The notes under the pieces were generated by a model. It saw only the letters and a program-made list of their open reading frames with translations, did not search any database and was not told where the DNA came from. A DNA stretch of 64,000 bases. It comes from Thermoanaerobaculia bacterium (GTDB taxonomy: Bacteria > Acidobacteriota > Thermoanaerobaculia > Gp7-AA8). A program made the translations under genes and the position numbers. The DNA is taken from NCBI GenBank assembly GCA_036261885.1, contig DATAJY010000005.1, positions 152,720-216,719 of the forward strand. The letters are read 5' to 3'. Positions 8,615 through 19,000 of this stretch are shown one piece after another (position 1 is the stretch's first letter; each line of letters starts with the position of its first letter).

Positions 8615-9723
8615 GGCGAGGCCGGAACGGCCGGTGCAGGCGCGGGATCGTCGACCACCGATTTCACGACGTCGATCACGGCATCGATGCCGGCCACGCC
8701 GAGGGCTTTTTTCCAGAGACCGGTGCGATCGTTGCCGATGAGGAAGAGATTCGAGTGGCCGTCGCGATTTTCGGCGAAGAGGCCGACGCGGCGGAGTGCG
8801 GCGTTCACCTGGTCGGGCGTTCCGCTGAGGAAATACCAGCCGTTCTTCGCTTCGAGCTGCGTGGCCAGCGCTTTGAGTTTCGGCGGGGTGTCGTTCTCGG
8901 GATCGACGGTGATGGAGATCAGCACGAGGTCGCGGCCGAGGCGATCGGCGAAGCGGTTCTGCATCGCGCGATAGGCGCTGGCCATGATCGGGCAGGTGGC
9001 TTTGCATTCGGCGAAGAACGCGTTCATCACCACCGTGCGTCCGTGCAGGAGATCGCGATAGAGATCGACCGTCTTGCCGTTTTGATCGACGAGCGGCAAC
9101 GTGCCGAAGTACTGCGCGGCGGGACTCTGCGCGTTGCTCGACGCGGCGGTCGCCGCAACACTCGAGGCGGTGCGTTCCTTTTCGAGCGACTGCAGCGCCT
9201 CCGCGATTTTCGCCGGCGCGGTGAAGCCGTCCATCCGCTGCCAGCGGCCGGTGCGATCGTCGCCGATGACGATGAGCGGCCCGTGATCGGTCTTGTCGGG
9301 AGTGAACGCGCCGACCGATTTGAGCAGCGTGTCGATCTCGTTCGGCTCGCCGGTGACGAGCGTCCAGCCGGGTTGGCCGCCGAGACGCGTGCGCCACGCT
9401 TCGAGCCGCGCCGGCGTGTCGTTCGGTGCGTCGAGCGTGATCGAGAGCAGCGTGATGTCTTTCGCGGAGTCGCCGAGGAGAGACTGCACCTTCGCGAACG
9501 TCGCACCGAGGGTCGGGCAGATCGTCGTGCAGCTGGTGAAGATGAAGTTGATGGCGACGATGCGATCCTTCACCAGCTCGGTGTAGAAACGCTTCGAGGC
9601 TCCGCCCTGATCGACGACGGAGACGTCGGCGATGCGCATCGGCGAATCGACGGAATCGCCGAAGGCGAGCGGTGCGCAGGCGAGCAGCGTGGCAGCGAGC
9701 AGCGATCGTTTGAAGTGGCGCAT
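8611..9723 (-). CDS. tandem SCO1/SenC-family copper chaperone / thiol-disulfide oxidoreductase (two thioredoxin-like domains, 370 aa)
   Basis: Signal peptide 'MRHFKRSLLAATLLACAPLAFG'. Two CxxxC copper-binding motifs ('FTSCTTICP' and 'FAECKATCP'), each with downstream His. Characteristic 'DH..L.LIG.DG' segments appear twice. Confidence 0.75.
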   Translation of the reverse strand: MRHFKRSLLAATLLACAPLAFGDSVDSPMRIADVSVVDQGGASKRFYTELVKDRIVAINFIFTSCTTICPTLGATFAKVQSLLGDSAKDITLLSITLDAPNDTPARLEAWRTRLGGQPGWTLVTGEPNEIDTLLKSVGAFTPDKTDHGPLIVIGDDRTGRWQRMDGFTAPAKIAEALQSLEKERTASSVAATAASSNAQSPAAQYFGTLPLVDQNGKTVDLYRDLLHGRTVVMNAFFAECKATCPIMASAYRAMQNRFADRLGRDLVLISITVDPENDTPPKLKALATQLEAKNGWYFLSGTPDQVNAALRRVGLFAENRDGHSNLFLIGNDRTGLWKKALGVAGIDAVIDVVKSVVDDPAPAPAVPASP

Positions 9724-9801
9724 GATCCCTTACCGGAAAGACGATCGAAGATGGAGAGTCGTGAAATTCACGAGGCGCGGTTTCTGCTTCCCGTGTCCAT
9801 C

Positions 9802-10128
9802 ATGCAGAAAAAATCGTTGTACGCGATGGTGGTGATTCTCGCCCTGACGTTTGCCGCGACTCTTTCGGCACAGCAGCCGCCCGTGGCCGAGCCGACGATG
9901 GCCGATGTCTGGAAGCACGCCGTCGGCAAACGCGGCACGATCCAGCACACCGACGGTTCGTGCGAGTACGTCTACACGGTCGAAGACAAAGGCGAGATGG
10001 TGATCGTGTTCGTCGGCCAGGACTACGTCGACTTCGCGCGCTTCACCACCGAGAAAGGCGAGCGCCTCACGCATCGTCTGATTCCGATGTCGAAACTGGT
10101 GATGCGGCGCTCGCGGCTGACGCAGTAG
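9802..10128 (+). CDS. small secreted hypothetical protein (108 aa)
   Basis: ATG at 9802 and signal peptide 'MQKKSLYAMVVILALTFAATLSA'. It is the only coding-like part of a longer antisense ORF. Confidence 0.45.
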   Translation: MQKKSLYAMVVILALTFAATLSAQQPPVAEPTMADVWKHAVGKRGTIQHTDGSCEYVYTVEDKGEMVIVFVGQDYVDFARFTTEKGERLTHRLIPMSKLVMRRSRLTQ

Positions 10129-10179
10129 GCATCGCCCTTCACGCGGTGCGTCCGCCGTTCGTCTTCCCTGCAGATCGAC

Positions 10180-11310
10180 ATGCGCAGGATGTTCGTCATC
10201 TCGTCGATGACGGGCGGGGGAGCGGCACGCACCACGGCGAACCTCGCCAATCACCAGGCTGCCTGCGGCGAATCGGTGCAGATCCTCACTCTGCATCAGC
10301 CGCAGCGGCCCGACGTCTATCCGCTCCATCCTTCCATCGAACGCCGTGACCTCGGCGAAGAAGCACCGAGCGCCGCGTCGATGTCGGCGGTGCTCGCGCG
10401 ATTCATGCAGCACTACCCTTCGCCGGCGGTGATCGCGCATGCGCCGGTGATCGCGCGGTTGCGCGATGCATTGCTCGAACGCACCTGCGACGTCGCCATC
10501 GGCATCGGTGATGTCACGAACATCCGCCTGCTCGTCGCCGCGCGCCACCTGCCGGTTCGCGTGATCGTCGCCGAGATGGCCGATCCCGGCGGGTATTCGA
10601 TTCTCGATTGGGAACTGCTGCGGAGACGCACCTATCCTCACGCCGAGGCGGTGGTCTGTCTGGCCGCGGAGTTCACGGAGTACTTCCGCCGGCGAGGCAT
10701 CGAGCGCGTGCATGCGATCGCCAGCCCGGTGCTGCCCGCGCCGCCGCGCCACGAAAAACGGCGCGAGCAGCTGATCGTTTCGATCGGACGGCTCGCGTGG
10801 GAGAAGAACCTCCCTCTTCTGCTGCAGGCGTTCTCCGACGTCGCGCCGCGGCATCCGGAGTGGCGGCTCGAACTGTGGGGCAACGGTCCGATGCGACGCG
10901 AGCTCGAAGGACTCGTGGCGTCGTTGCAGTTGCAGGACCGCGTTCGTCTGCCCGGCGTGACGCACGACGTTTATGAGCTGCTCGAACGCGCGGCGTTGTT
11001 CGCGATGACCTCGCGCACCGAGGGGCTGCCGAACGCGTTGTGTGAAGCGATGGCCGCGGGAGTTCCGGCGGTGGTCGCCGATTGTGGCGCGGGCGTGCGC
11101 ACCATCGTTCGCGATGGCATCGACGGCGTGCTGGTGGCACCTCGTCGCGTGGCCGTCGCCGGCGCCCTCGACGCGCTGATGCGGGACGACGAACGACGCG
11201 CGCGTCTGGCGAGCCGCGCGCCGGAAGTAGTCGAACGCTTCGCGATCGATCGCATTGCAGCAGAGTGGGACGAGCTTCTCATCTCCGGAAAGGTGGCCTA
11301 CGCATGTTGA
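10180..11310 (+). CDS. glycosyltransferase family 4 (376 aa)
   Basis: N-terminus 'MFVISSMTGGGAARTTANLAN' is GT4-like. C-terminal 'EGLPNALCEAMAAGVPAVVAD...GIDGVLV' matches the GT-B E-x7-E region. Confidence 0.8.
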   Translation: MRRMFVISSMTGGGAARTTANLANHQAACGESVQILTLHQPQRPDVYPLHPSIERRDLGEEAPSAASMSAVLARFMQHYPSPAVIAHAPVIARLRDALLERTCDVAIGIGDVTNIRLLVAARHLPVRVIVAEMADPGGYSILDWELLRRRTYPHAEAVVCLAAEFTEYFRRRGIERVHAIASPVLPAPPRHEKRREQLIVSIGRLAWEKNLPLLLQAFSDVAPRHPEWRLELWGNGPMRRELEGLVASLQLQDRVRLPGVTHDVYELLERAALFAMTSRTEGLPNALCEAMAAGVPAVVADCGAGVRTIVRDGIDGVLVAPRRVAVAGALDALMRDDERRARLASRAPEVVERFAIDRIAAEWDELLISGKVAYAC

Positions 11311-11972
11311 CCTCAGCAGAGAAAGCGGCTTACACGCAGGACGGTGTGCTTTTCCCGATTCACGTGTTGCGCGAGGGAGAGATCGCGCGCTATCGGGCCA
11401 AGGTCGAGCAGTCGCTCGCCAGCGATCCCGAGAACGCGAAGCTGCCGCACCTCAAATACGACTGGGCGCTCGAGCTGGCCACGCATCCCTTCGTCGTCGC
11501 GGCCGCGGAATCAGTGCTCGGCAGAACCGCCATCTGGGGCGCGATGGTGTTGCGCAAGGAGCCGCACAGCCGCAGCTTCGTCTCGTGGCATCAGGACGGC
11601 GCGTATCGCGAGTTCAAGCCGGGCGACTGCGTGACCGCGTGGATCGCGCTGGCCGACAGCGTGCCGGAGAACGGCTGCATGCAGGTCATCCGCGGCTCGC
11701 ATCACGCGCGCCTGCCGCACTTCGATCAGCCGGAGCCGGACAACATGATCCGCCTCGGCAAGCACATCGAATCGGAGATCGATCCGGCGATGATTACCGA
11801 CGTCGTGTTGCGCGCCGGCGAGATGTCGCTGCATCACAACGACATCGTGCACGGCTCGCAGCCGAACACCTCCGACCGCGCGCGCATCGGCTTCATCGTC
11901 CGCTTCATGAAGTACGGCCTGACGTGGACCGAGTGCCCGCTCGTGATTCCCGGAACGGTCACCGCCGCATGA
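11304..11972 (+). CDS. phytanoyl-CoA dioxygenase (PhyH) family Fe(II)/2-oxoglutarate oxygenase (222 aa)
   Basis: 'WHQDGAY...TAWIALADSVPENGCMQVIRGSH' and 'HHNDIVHGSQPN' His-Asp...His facial-triad pattern. The start overlaps the GT4 stop and the stop overlaps the next ATG (ATGA). Confidence 0.7.
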   Translation: MLTSAEKAAYTQDGVLFPIHVLREGEIARYRAKVEQSLASDPENAKLPHLKYDWALELATHPFVVAAAESVLGRTAIWGAMVLRKEPHSRSFVSWHQDGAYREFKPGDCVTAWIALADSVPENGCMQVIRGSHHARLPHFDQPEPDNMIRLGKHIESEIDPAMITDVVLRAGEMSLHHNDIVHGSQPNTSDRARIGFIVRFMKYGLTWTECPLVIPGTVTAA

Positions 11973-12967
11973 AGGTGTTGCTGACCGGCAATCACGTCTA
12001 TCCCGCCGCCGCGCAGAAGAGCGCCGGGCGCAGGGTGACGGAGCTGCCGTCCGGCTCCGCGCAGCGGCTGCAGGATCTGACCGCGCGCGGGCTGGTCGAG
12101 GCCGGACACGAAGTGGTCTACTACTTGACCAAACCGCCGGCGGGCCGTCCGCCGCGCGGCGTGACCGTCGTCGATCGCTGGATCACGAACGTCGACGTCG
12201 TGCACACGCACGTGCAGCGCGAAGAGTTCGAAGACGAAGCGCGCGCGCTGCAACTGCCGTTCATCTCCGTGCTGCATCTCCACCCGAGCTCGCGTCCGGC
12301 GGCGATGCCGGAGCCGCGCGAGGAGTGGGTGTATGTCTCCCGTTTTCTCGCCGAAGCGCTCGGCGGCACGCGTTTCGTGCACAACGGCGTCGATCCGGCC
12401 GACTACGCGTACTCCGAGGCGAAGGACGACTACGTGCTCTTCCTCTCGTCGATGGACTGGTGCGTGGAGAAAGGGCTCGACGTCGCCATCGCGCTCTCGA
12501 AGCGGATCGGCTTCCGCCTCGTCGTCGCCGGCAGCGCGCGAACCGAAGAGCGGCTCGCTGCGGCGATGGCGTTGTGTGCCGAGGGGGGAGCCGAGTACGT
12601 CGGCGACGTGCAGGGAAACGAAAAGGCGGAACTGCTCGCGGGTGCACGGGCGTTACTCCACCCTTCGCGCTATCAGGAAGCGTGTCCGCTCTCGATCATC
12701 GAGGCCCTGATGTCGGGCACGCCGGTGATCACGACGCCGTGGGGCGCATCGGCCGAGTTGATGACGCGTGACGCCGGCTTTCTCTGCCGCGACGAGAGCG
12801 ATTATGTCGATGCATTCGCGCGTCTCGGCGAGATCGCGCCGCGCGCGTGCCGCGACCACGCGCTGGCCCGATTTCACTACCGGCGCATGGTGGCCGGATA
12901 CCTGCGCGAGTACGAAACCGCCATCGGCGCGTTCACAACTGCGGGCGCTCATCCGTCAACTGAGTAA
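11969..12967 (+). CDS. glycosyltransferase, GT-B/GT4-like (332 aa)
   Basis: 'EACPLSIIEALMSGTPVITTPWGASAELM' is a GT4 C-terminal sugar-donor motif. The ORF track fuses this frame with junk upstream; the ATG at 11969 is coupled to the PhyH stop. Confidence 0.7.
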   Translation: MKVLLTGNHVYPAAAQKSAGRRVTELPSGSAQRLQDLTARGLVEAGHEVVYYLTKPPAGRPPRGVTVVDRWITNVDVVHTHVQREEFEDEARALQLPFISVLHLHPSSRPAAMPEPREEWVYVSRFLAEALGGTRFVHNGVDPADYAYSEAKDDYVLFLSSMDWCVEKGLDVAIALSKRIGFRLVVAGSARTEERLAAAMALCAEGGAEYVGDVQGNEKAELLAGARALLHPSRYQEACPLSIIEALMSGTPVITTPWGASAELMTRDAGFLCRDESDYVDAFARLGEIAPRACRDHALARFHYRRMVAGYLREYETAIGAFTTAGAHPSTE

Positions 12968-13056
12968 CAGCCTTTTTTCCTGACCAATCGTCGCGGCGCG
13001 CCTTCGTTCGTGCGTACGCGAGGACTTCGTCCCGTTCGATTTTCGAGGAGGAAACG

Positions 13057-16000
13057 ATGCTCCGTCGCCCGGCCTTGTTCCTGTTGATCCTCGGCGCGCT
13101 CGTGCCGCTGGTGGCGCAGGCAGACAATCCCTGCACGCCCCAGAACACCACGCGAGCCGACGTGGTCGCGCTCGATCAGGCGTTCTACAACAATCGCCTC
13201 GGTGCCTTCCAATCGGGAGGCACGATCTACGCGCTGCGCCGCGACGTGGTCAGCAACGCCGGTGGAGCGAGCGCGCTCACGGCCGGCAAGGTGATGCTGC
13301 GTCCGGACAAGCGTCCGCGCCCGATCGTGCTGCGCGTCAACGAAGGGAGCTGCCTCGAGATCGCGTTCCAGAACCTCCTCGCTCCCGTGCCGCAGGTCTC
13401 GGTCTTTCCCGCCGCCTCACCGTGGGAAAACCAGAGCACGATGTCGAACGCCTACACCTCGACCGGCGGCGCGTCGACCGATCTGCAGAAATGGGGAACG
13501 CAGACCACCCAGGGACCGACGCGCTACGCCGGCGTGCACGTGATGGGCTTGAACCTCGTCAGTGCGAAAGACGGCAGCGGCGCGCCGATCGAGGCGATCG
13601 CCGCCGACGGCTCCTGGACCGGTGCGAACGACATCACCGCGAACGCGCGCGGCCCGCGGGCCAGCGGTCTCGTCGCACCAGGCGAGAAGATCACGTATAC
13701 GCTGTTCGCCCGCGAGAACTCCGAAGGCTCGTATCTGCTCTACAGCACCGGCGCGACGAATGGTGCGTCGCAGGATTTCGGCGGGCAGTTGATGCAGGGC
13801 CTCTTCGGCTCCGTCACCGTGCAGCCGGGAAGATCGGAGTGGTATCGCAGCCAGGTCACGCGCGATGAACTGCTCAAGGCGACGTACACCGCGGCGGGAC
13901 AGACGCTCACGCCGAGCAGCAAAGCGCCGGTGAAGATCAACGGCAAGAGCGCGAAAGTGTGGAACTGGAAGGTGTCGGCCACCGACACGCGGGAAGCGGT
14001 CCTGCTGAATGCGGACGGCGATCCGGTTTCCGGCAGCAGCAGCGCCTACCTCCACACCACGAAAGGACAGCCATACATCAACTACGGCGCCACCGATTCG
14101 ACGCGGCAATGCGGCGGCGAGCCGCTGCCGGTGCTGAAGATGACGAACGGAAAGGGCGAGATCTGCCACAGCGATCTCACCGCGATCATCACCGGCCCGA
14201 ACGCGGGTCTGGTGATCGATCCGCCGTACGCGGGCGTGCCGTCGACGCCGAATCCACGCGAGCCGTGGCGCGAGTTCGCCATCCACTATCACGACGATTT
14301 CCTCGTCACGCAGGCGTTCCCGCAACAGCAGCCGGGCAACAGTCTGGCCGGCACGCTGAACGCCGGCCGCGATTACTTCGCGATCAACTACGGCATCGGC
14401 GGCATCGCCGCGGAGGTGCTGGCCAATCGGCTCGGCGTCGGCCCGATGTATCAGTGCGCGACGTGCAAGTTCGAAGAGTTCTTTCTCAGCTCCTGGACCG
14501 TCGGCGACCCGGCCATGGTGGTCGACGTCCCGGCCAACAACGGCACCGGCACCGGACCGAAAGCGACCAAGGCGCTCTTTCCGGATGATCCGTCGAACGT
14601 CTACCACAGCTACGTCGGCGATCACGTGATCTTCCAGATCCTGCACGCCGGCACGAACATCACCCACGTGCATCACCTGCACGCGCAGCAGTGGCTGCAT
14701 TCGCCGCGCAATGCGAACAGCGCGTATCGCGACAGCCAGATGATCAGCCCGGGCGCGTCGTACACGCTCAACCACGTGTACAACGGCAGCGGCAACGTCA
14801 ACAAAACGGTCGGCGACTCGATCTTCCACTGCCACTTCTATCCGCACTTCGCGCAGGGCATGTGGTCGATGTGGCGCGTGCACGATGCGTTCGAAGCCGG
14901 CACGATCCTCAATGCCGACGGCACGGTGCGCAAGGGATGGAACCGCGCACTTCCGGACGGCGAGATCGCCAGCGGAACGCCGACGCCGGGCCTCGTGCCG
15001 CTGCCGACGATTCCGATGGCGCTGCCGCCGGCGCGCACGCAGATCGTCGACGTCACGATTCCGGGGCAGACCAAGCCGGTCGGTTACACGGTGCAGGTCC
15101 ATCCCGACGACAAGACCGCGACTCCGGGCTATCCGTTCTTCATTCCCGGCGTGGCCGGACAGCGCGCGCCGCATCCGCCGCTCGATCTCGCCTGGGACGA
15201 AGACGGCAACGGCAAGCCGCGCAAGGATTCGAAGGGCAACACGATTTATCTCGACGGCGGATTGCCGCGGCACATCTCGCTCTTCGATACCGACATCACC
15301 GAGAAGCACACGCGCTGGGACTTCACCAAAGACAACGGCGCGATCACGGCCGTGCAGCTGCCGGAGGATGGCACCGCGAGCGAGCGGCAGGCCATGACCG
15401 TGCACGAGCAGCGCAACCATCCGTCGTTCACGCCGGAAGGGAAGCCCGCCTCGTTCGTGCTCAACGGCATGAAGCGCAAGCACGGCGCGCCGTACGCGAA
15501 CCCGAACGTCAATCTCGACGGCACGCCGCACTGCAATGACGACGTGCCGCCGGCGATGGTGCTCGATCCGAAGGACGGCGAGCAGCCATGCCTGATCCGC
15601 TACAAGGCGGCGGCCATTCAGATCGACGCGGTCTTCAACAAGAAAGGATGGCATTACCCGCAGTCGCGCATCCTCTCGCTGTGGGGCGACGTGAAGGACA
15701 CGATGGCCAACAAGCGGATTCCGCAGCCATTCTTCTTCCGCGCGAACAGCGATCAGATCATCGAGTACTGGCACGCCAATCTCGTTCCGAACTACTACGA
15801 GCTCGACGACTTCCAGGTGCGTACGCCGACCGACGTCATCGGCCAGCACATTCACCTCGTGAAGTTCGACGTGACGTCGTCCGACGGCGCGGGCAACGGC
15901 TACAACTACGAAGACGGCACGTTCAGCCCCGATGAAGTGCGGGAGACCATCGAGGCCATCAATCAGTGTCCGGACCATCAGCCGTGCGCACAGTGCCCGG

Positions 16001-19000
16001 CCGGTCTGTTCCCGATGCTCTCGATCACCGGCAGCGGCGCGAAGCCGGGCGGCACGCGCACCTGCCTGAAACCGAAGGCGATTCCGTATTTCGGCGACGG
16101 TCCGGATGGACGCTGGGTCGGGGCGCAGGCGACGATTCAGCGCTGGGCCGCCGATCCGGTGTTCGGCGAGAAGCAGGCCGACAGTCTCATCGAATATCCG
16201 AAAGGCGAGCGCCGCATCGATCGCACGCTGCGCACGGTCTTCACGCACGATCACTTCGGTCCGTCGACGCATCAGCAGGTCGGGCTCTACGCCGGCCTGG
16301 TGGTCGAGCCGAAGCACACCTACTGGCTCGACGGCGAAACCGGCGAGCATTACGGCTCGAACCAGAATCGCCCCATCGGTGCAAACGGACTGGCGCCGTT
16401 CGACGGCGGTCCGACCGGATGGCACGCGACGATCCTGCATCCCAACAAGCCGAGCGATGACTATCGCGAGTTCGTGCTCGAGTTCCAGGACCGGCAGCTC
16501 GCCTACACCTCGAGCAGCATCGGCAAGGCCGTGCCGTACGACGGAGGCACCTCGGCGTACACCGGCTGGTCCGATCCGCAGTTCGCGATCTCGCCGCCGG
16601 CCACCGGCACCGGGCCGCGTCCGCCGTGGCCGGTGCTGGTCACGAACTCCTTCGCCACCGGCTCGTACTCGGTCAACTATCGCAACGAGCCGCTGACGTT
16701 CCGCGCGTTCGGCGGCACGCCGAACCAGACGCCGAACGCCGCCGGCTCGGATCTCTCGAATGCCTTTGCCTCGATTCCGCGGCTCGATCCGCAACTGAAC
16801 ACGCAACCGGCCGCCGGCTCACCGATCACCACGACCGGCGCGAATGCGTTCACGTTCCCGCCGCCGTTCCGCGGCGCCGGTGCGAACGATCCGTACACGC
16901 CGCTGCTGCGCGCGTATGACGGAGACAACGTACAGCTGCGCACGCTCGTCGGCGCGCACATGTCGCCGCACTTCTTCAACGTGCACGGCGTGAACTGGCT
17001 CTTCGAGCCGGCCGAGGAGGACTCGGGGTGGAGATCGGCGCAGGGGATGGGCATCTCCGAGCACTACGAAATGATCTTCACCATGCCGCGCACCGGCGGC
17101 CCGACGTCGGACTATCTCTATGAAGCGAGCTCCGACACCACCGGCCGGAAGAACGGCAACTGGGGTCTGCTGCGCGCGTACAGCCAGGATCAGACCGACC
17201 TGCAGCGCCTGCCGAACAATCCGGCCACCGCACCGGCCACGGCCGGACCGCCGGCGGGATGTCCGGGGCCCGACGTCGCTCCGGCGCGCGAGTACCGCGT
17301 GCGGGCGATGACCATCCAGCAGGCCACCGGCGCGAACTGGCTCACGTACAACGCGCGTGGTGCGGCCGGCAAGAACGGCGGCGAACAGCTCGTCGATCCG
17401 AACGCGATCATCTATGTCGATGAAGCGGATCTCGTGGACGGGAAGCTGAAGAACCCGAACCGCGTCGAGCCGCTGATTCTCCGCGCGAAAGCGGGCGAGT
17501 GTGTTTCGGTGACGCTCACGAACTCACTGCCGGGCGATACCGTCGGTGCAACGGTGACGACGACGCCGCCGTGGCCGACGCAGTTCACGCTCACCGCGAC
17601 GCAGAACGCCATCGACGACATGCTGGTCTTCTTCGTCGGCGCCGGTTCGACCACGCCGCGCCAGAGCTCGTACAGCACCGAGTTCCAGCTGCTCTTCAAC
17701 ACCAACACGTTCGGCTATCAGCTTCCGCCCTCGGGTGTCGGCAGCAGCACCACGAACAACGGCAACAACACCTACACCATCGTCTCCGGCAACACGTACA
17801 TCGTTTCGCGCACGAGCAACACCACGCTCAACGTCACGGTGGCGCAGCCGGTCGCGATCAGCACGTCGAAAAACGTCGGCCTGCATGCATCGCTGCTCGC
17901 GTATGACGTGCGCAGCAACGACGGCATGAACGTTGGCGCGAATCCGACGCAGACGCTCACGCCCGGCCAGTCGCGCACCTACAAGTGGTACGCGGGGCAG
18001 TACTTCCTCGAAAACGACGTCTGGACGCCGCGGCCGGTTGAGTACGGCTCGGTCAATCTCAACCCCTCCGATCCGCTGATGCAGCATCCGAAGGGACTCA
18101 TCGGCGCGCTGATCATCGAGCCGCGGACCACGACGAAGTGGACCGTCGACGAGAACTCGAACGCCTCCGCGCGCGTCGAGTACACCGAAGACGGCGCGGC
18201 GAAGTCGTTCCGCGAATTCGTGGCCATCATCTCCGACGACATCATCGGCATGCAGAAGACCGGCGGCCAGCCGGTGCAGGCCGCGCCGGCGGTGACCGTC
18301 GACGATGGCAGTGGCGGTGTGGACAATCCGGTCGACAGCGGCAGCAGCGGCACGGCCGATGCCGGCAAGACCATCACCATCTCCGGCGTGGTCATCAACG
18401 GCACGATCGCCTGGGCGCTCGACGGCACGCAGAAGCCGAACAACACCACGTACGACGTTTCGCCCGGCGACACCGTCGTCTTCAACGTGACGAACGGGAA
18501 GCACGGCGTGGCGTTCCTGCCGGGACAGCCGGCGTTCGACGCCTTCTTCGATGTCGTCTCCGGCGGCAATCTCCTGAAGGCCAGCCCGAACGGCATCACC
18601 GGTTCATGGGGCACCGACGCGTTCAACGGACCGGCGTCTCTGGTCACGCTGCGCGTGAAATCGACCGCCACCGGCAACCTGCCGTTCGAATGCACGCAGC
18701 ACAAGACGAACATGGCCGGCACGCTGCGCGTCGTTTCGAGCAGCGGCAGCACGCTCGCCGGCGACATCGTCAACAGCCAGGTGGTGTGGGCGTTCAACGG
18801 CGTTCCGAAGGCGAACAACTCGACGTACAACGTGAAGGCGGGCGACATCATCACGGTGACGTCGCAGAACGGTCTGCACGGCATCGCCTTCCTGCAGGGG
18901 CAGACCGCATTCGAAGCATTCTTCGACGTGCTGTCGGGCGGGAGCCTGCTGATCCCGAATCCGAACGGCATCACCGGCTCGTGGGGCACGCTGCCGCAGA

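Noticed and set aside
8614-9397. N-terminal 261-codon extension of the 7244..9397 ORF.
   Set aside because: The extension is Arg/His-rich junk antisense to nothing coding. A signal peptide begins at the internal ATG (8614), which is ATGA-coupled to the SCO1 stop.
11255-12967. 570-aa ORF apparently fusing a PhyH-overlapping frame with the second GT.
   Set aside because: The first ~240 codons are an alternative frame of the PhyH gene (Arg-rich). The GT starts at the ATG at 11969, which overlaps the PhyH stop.
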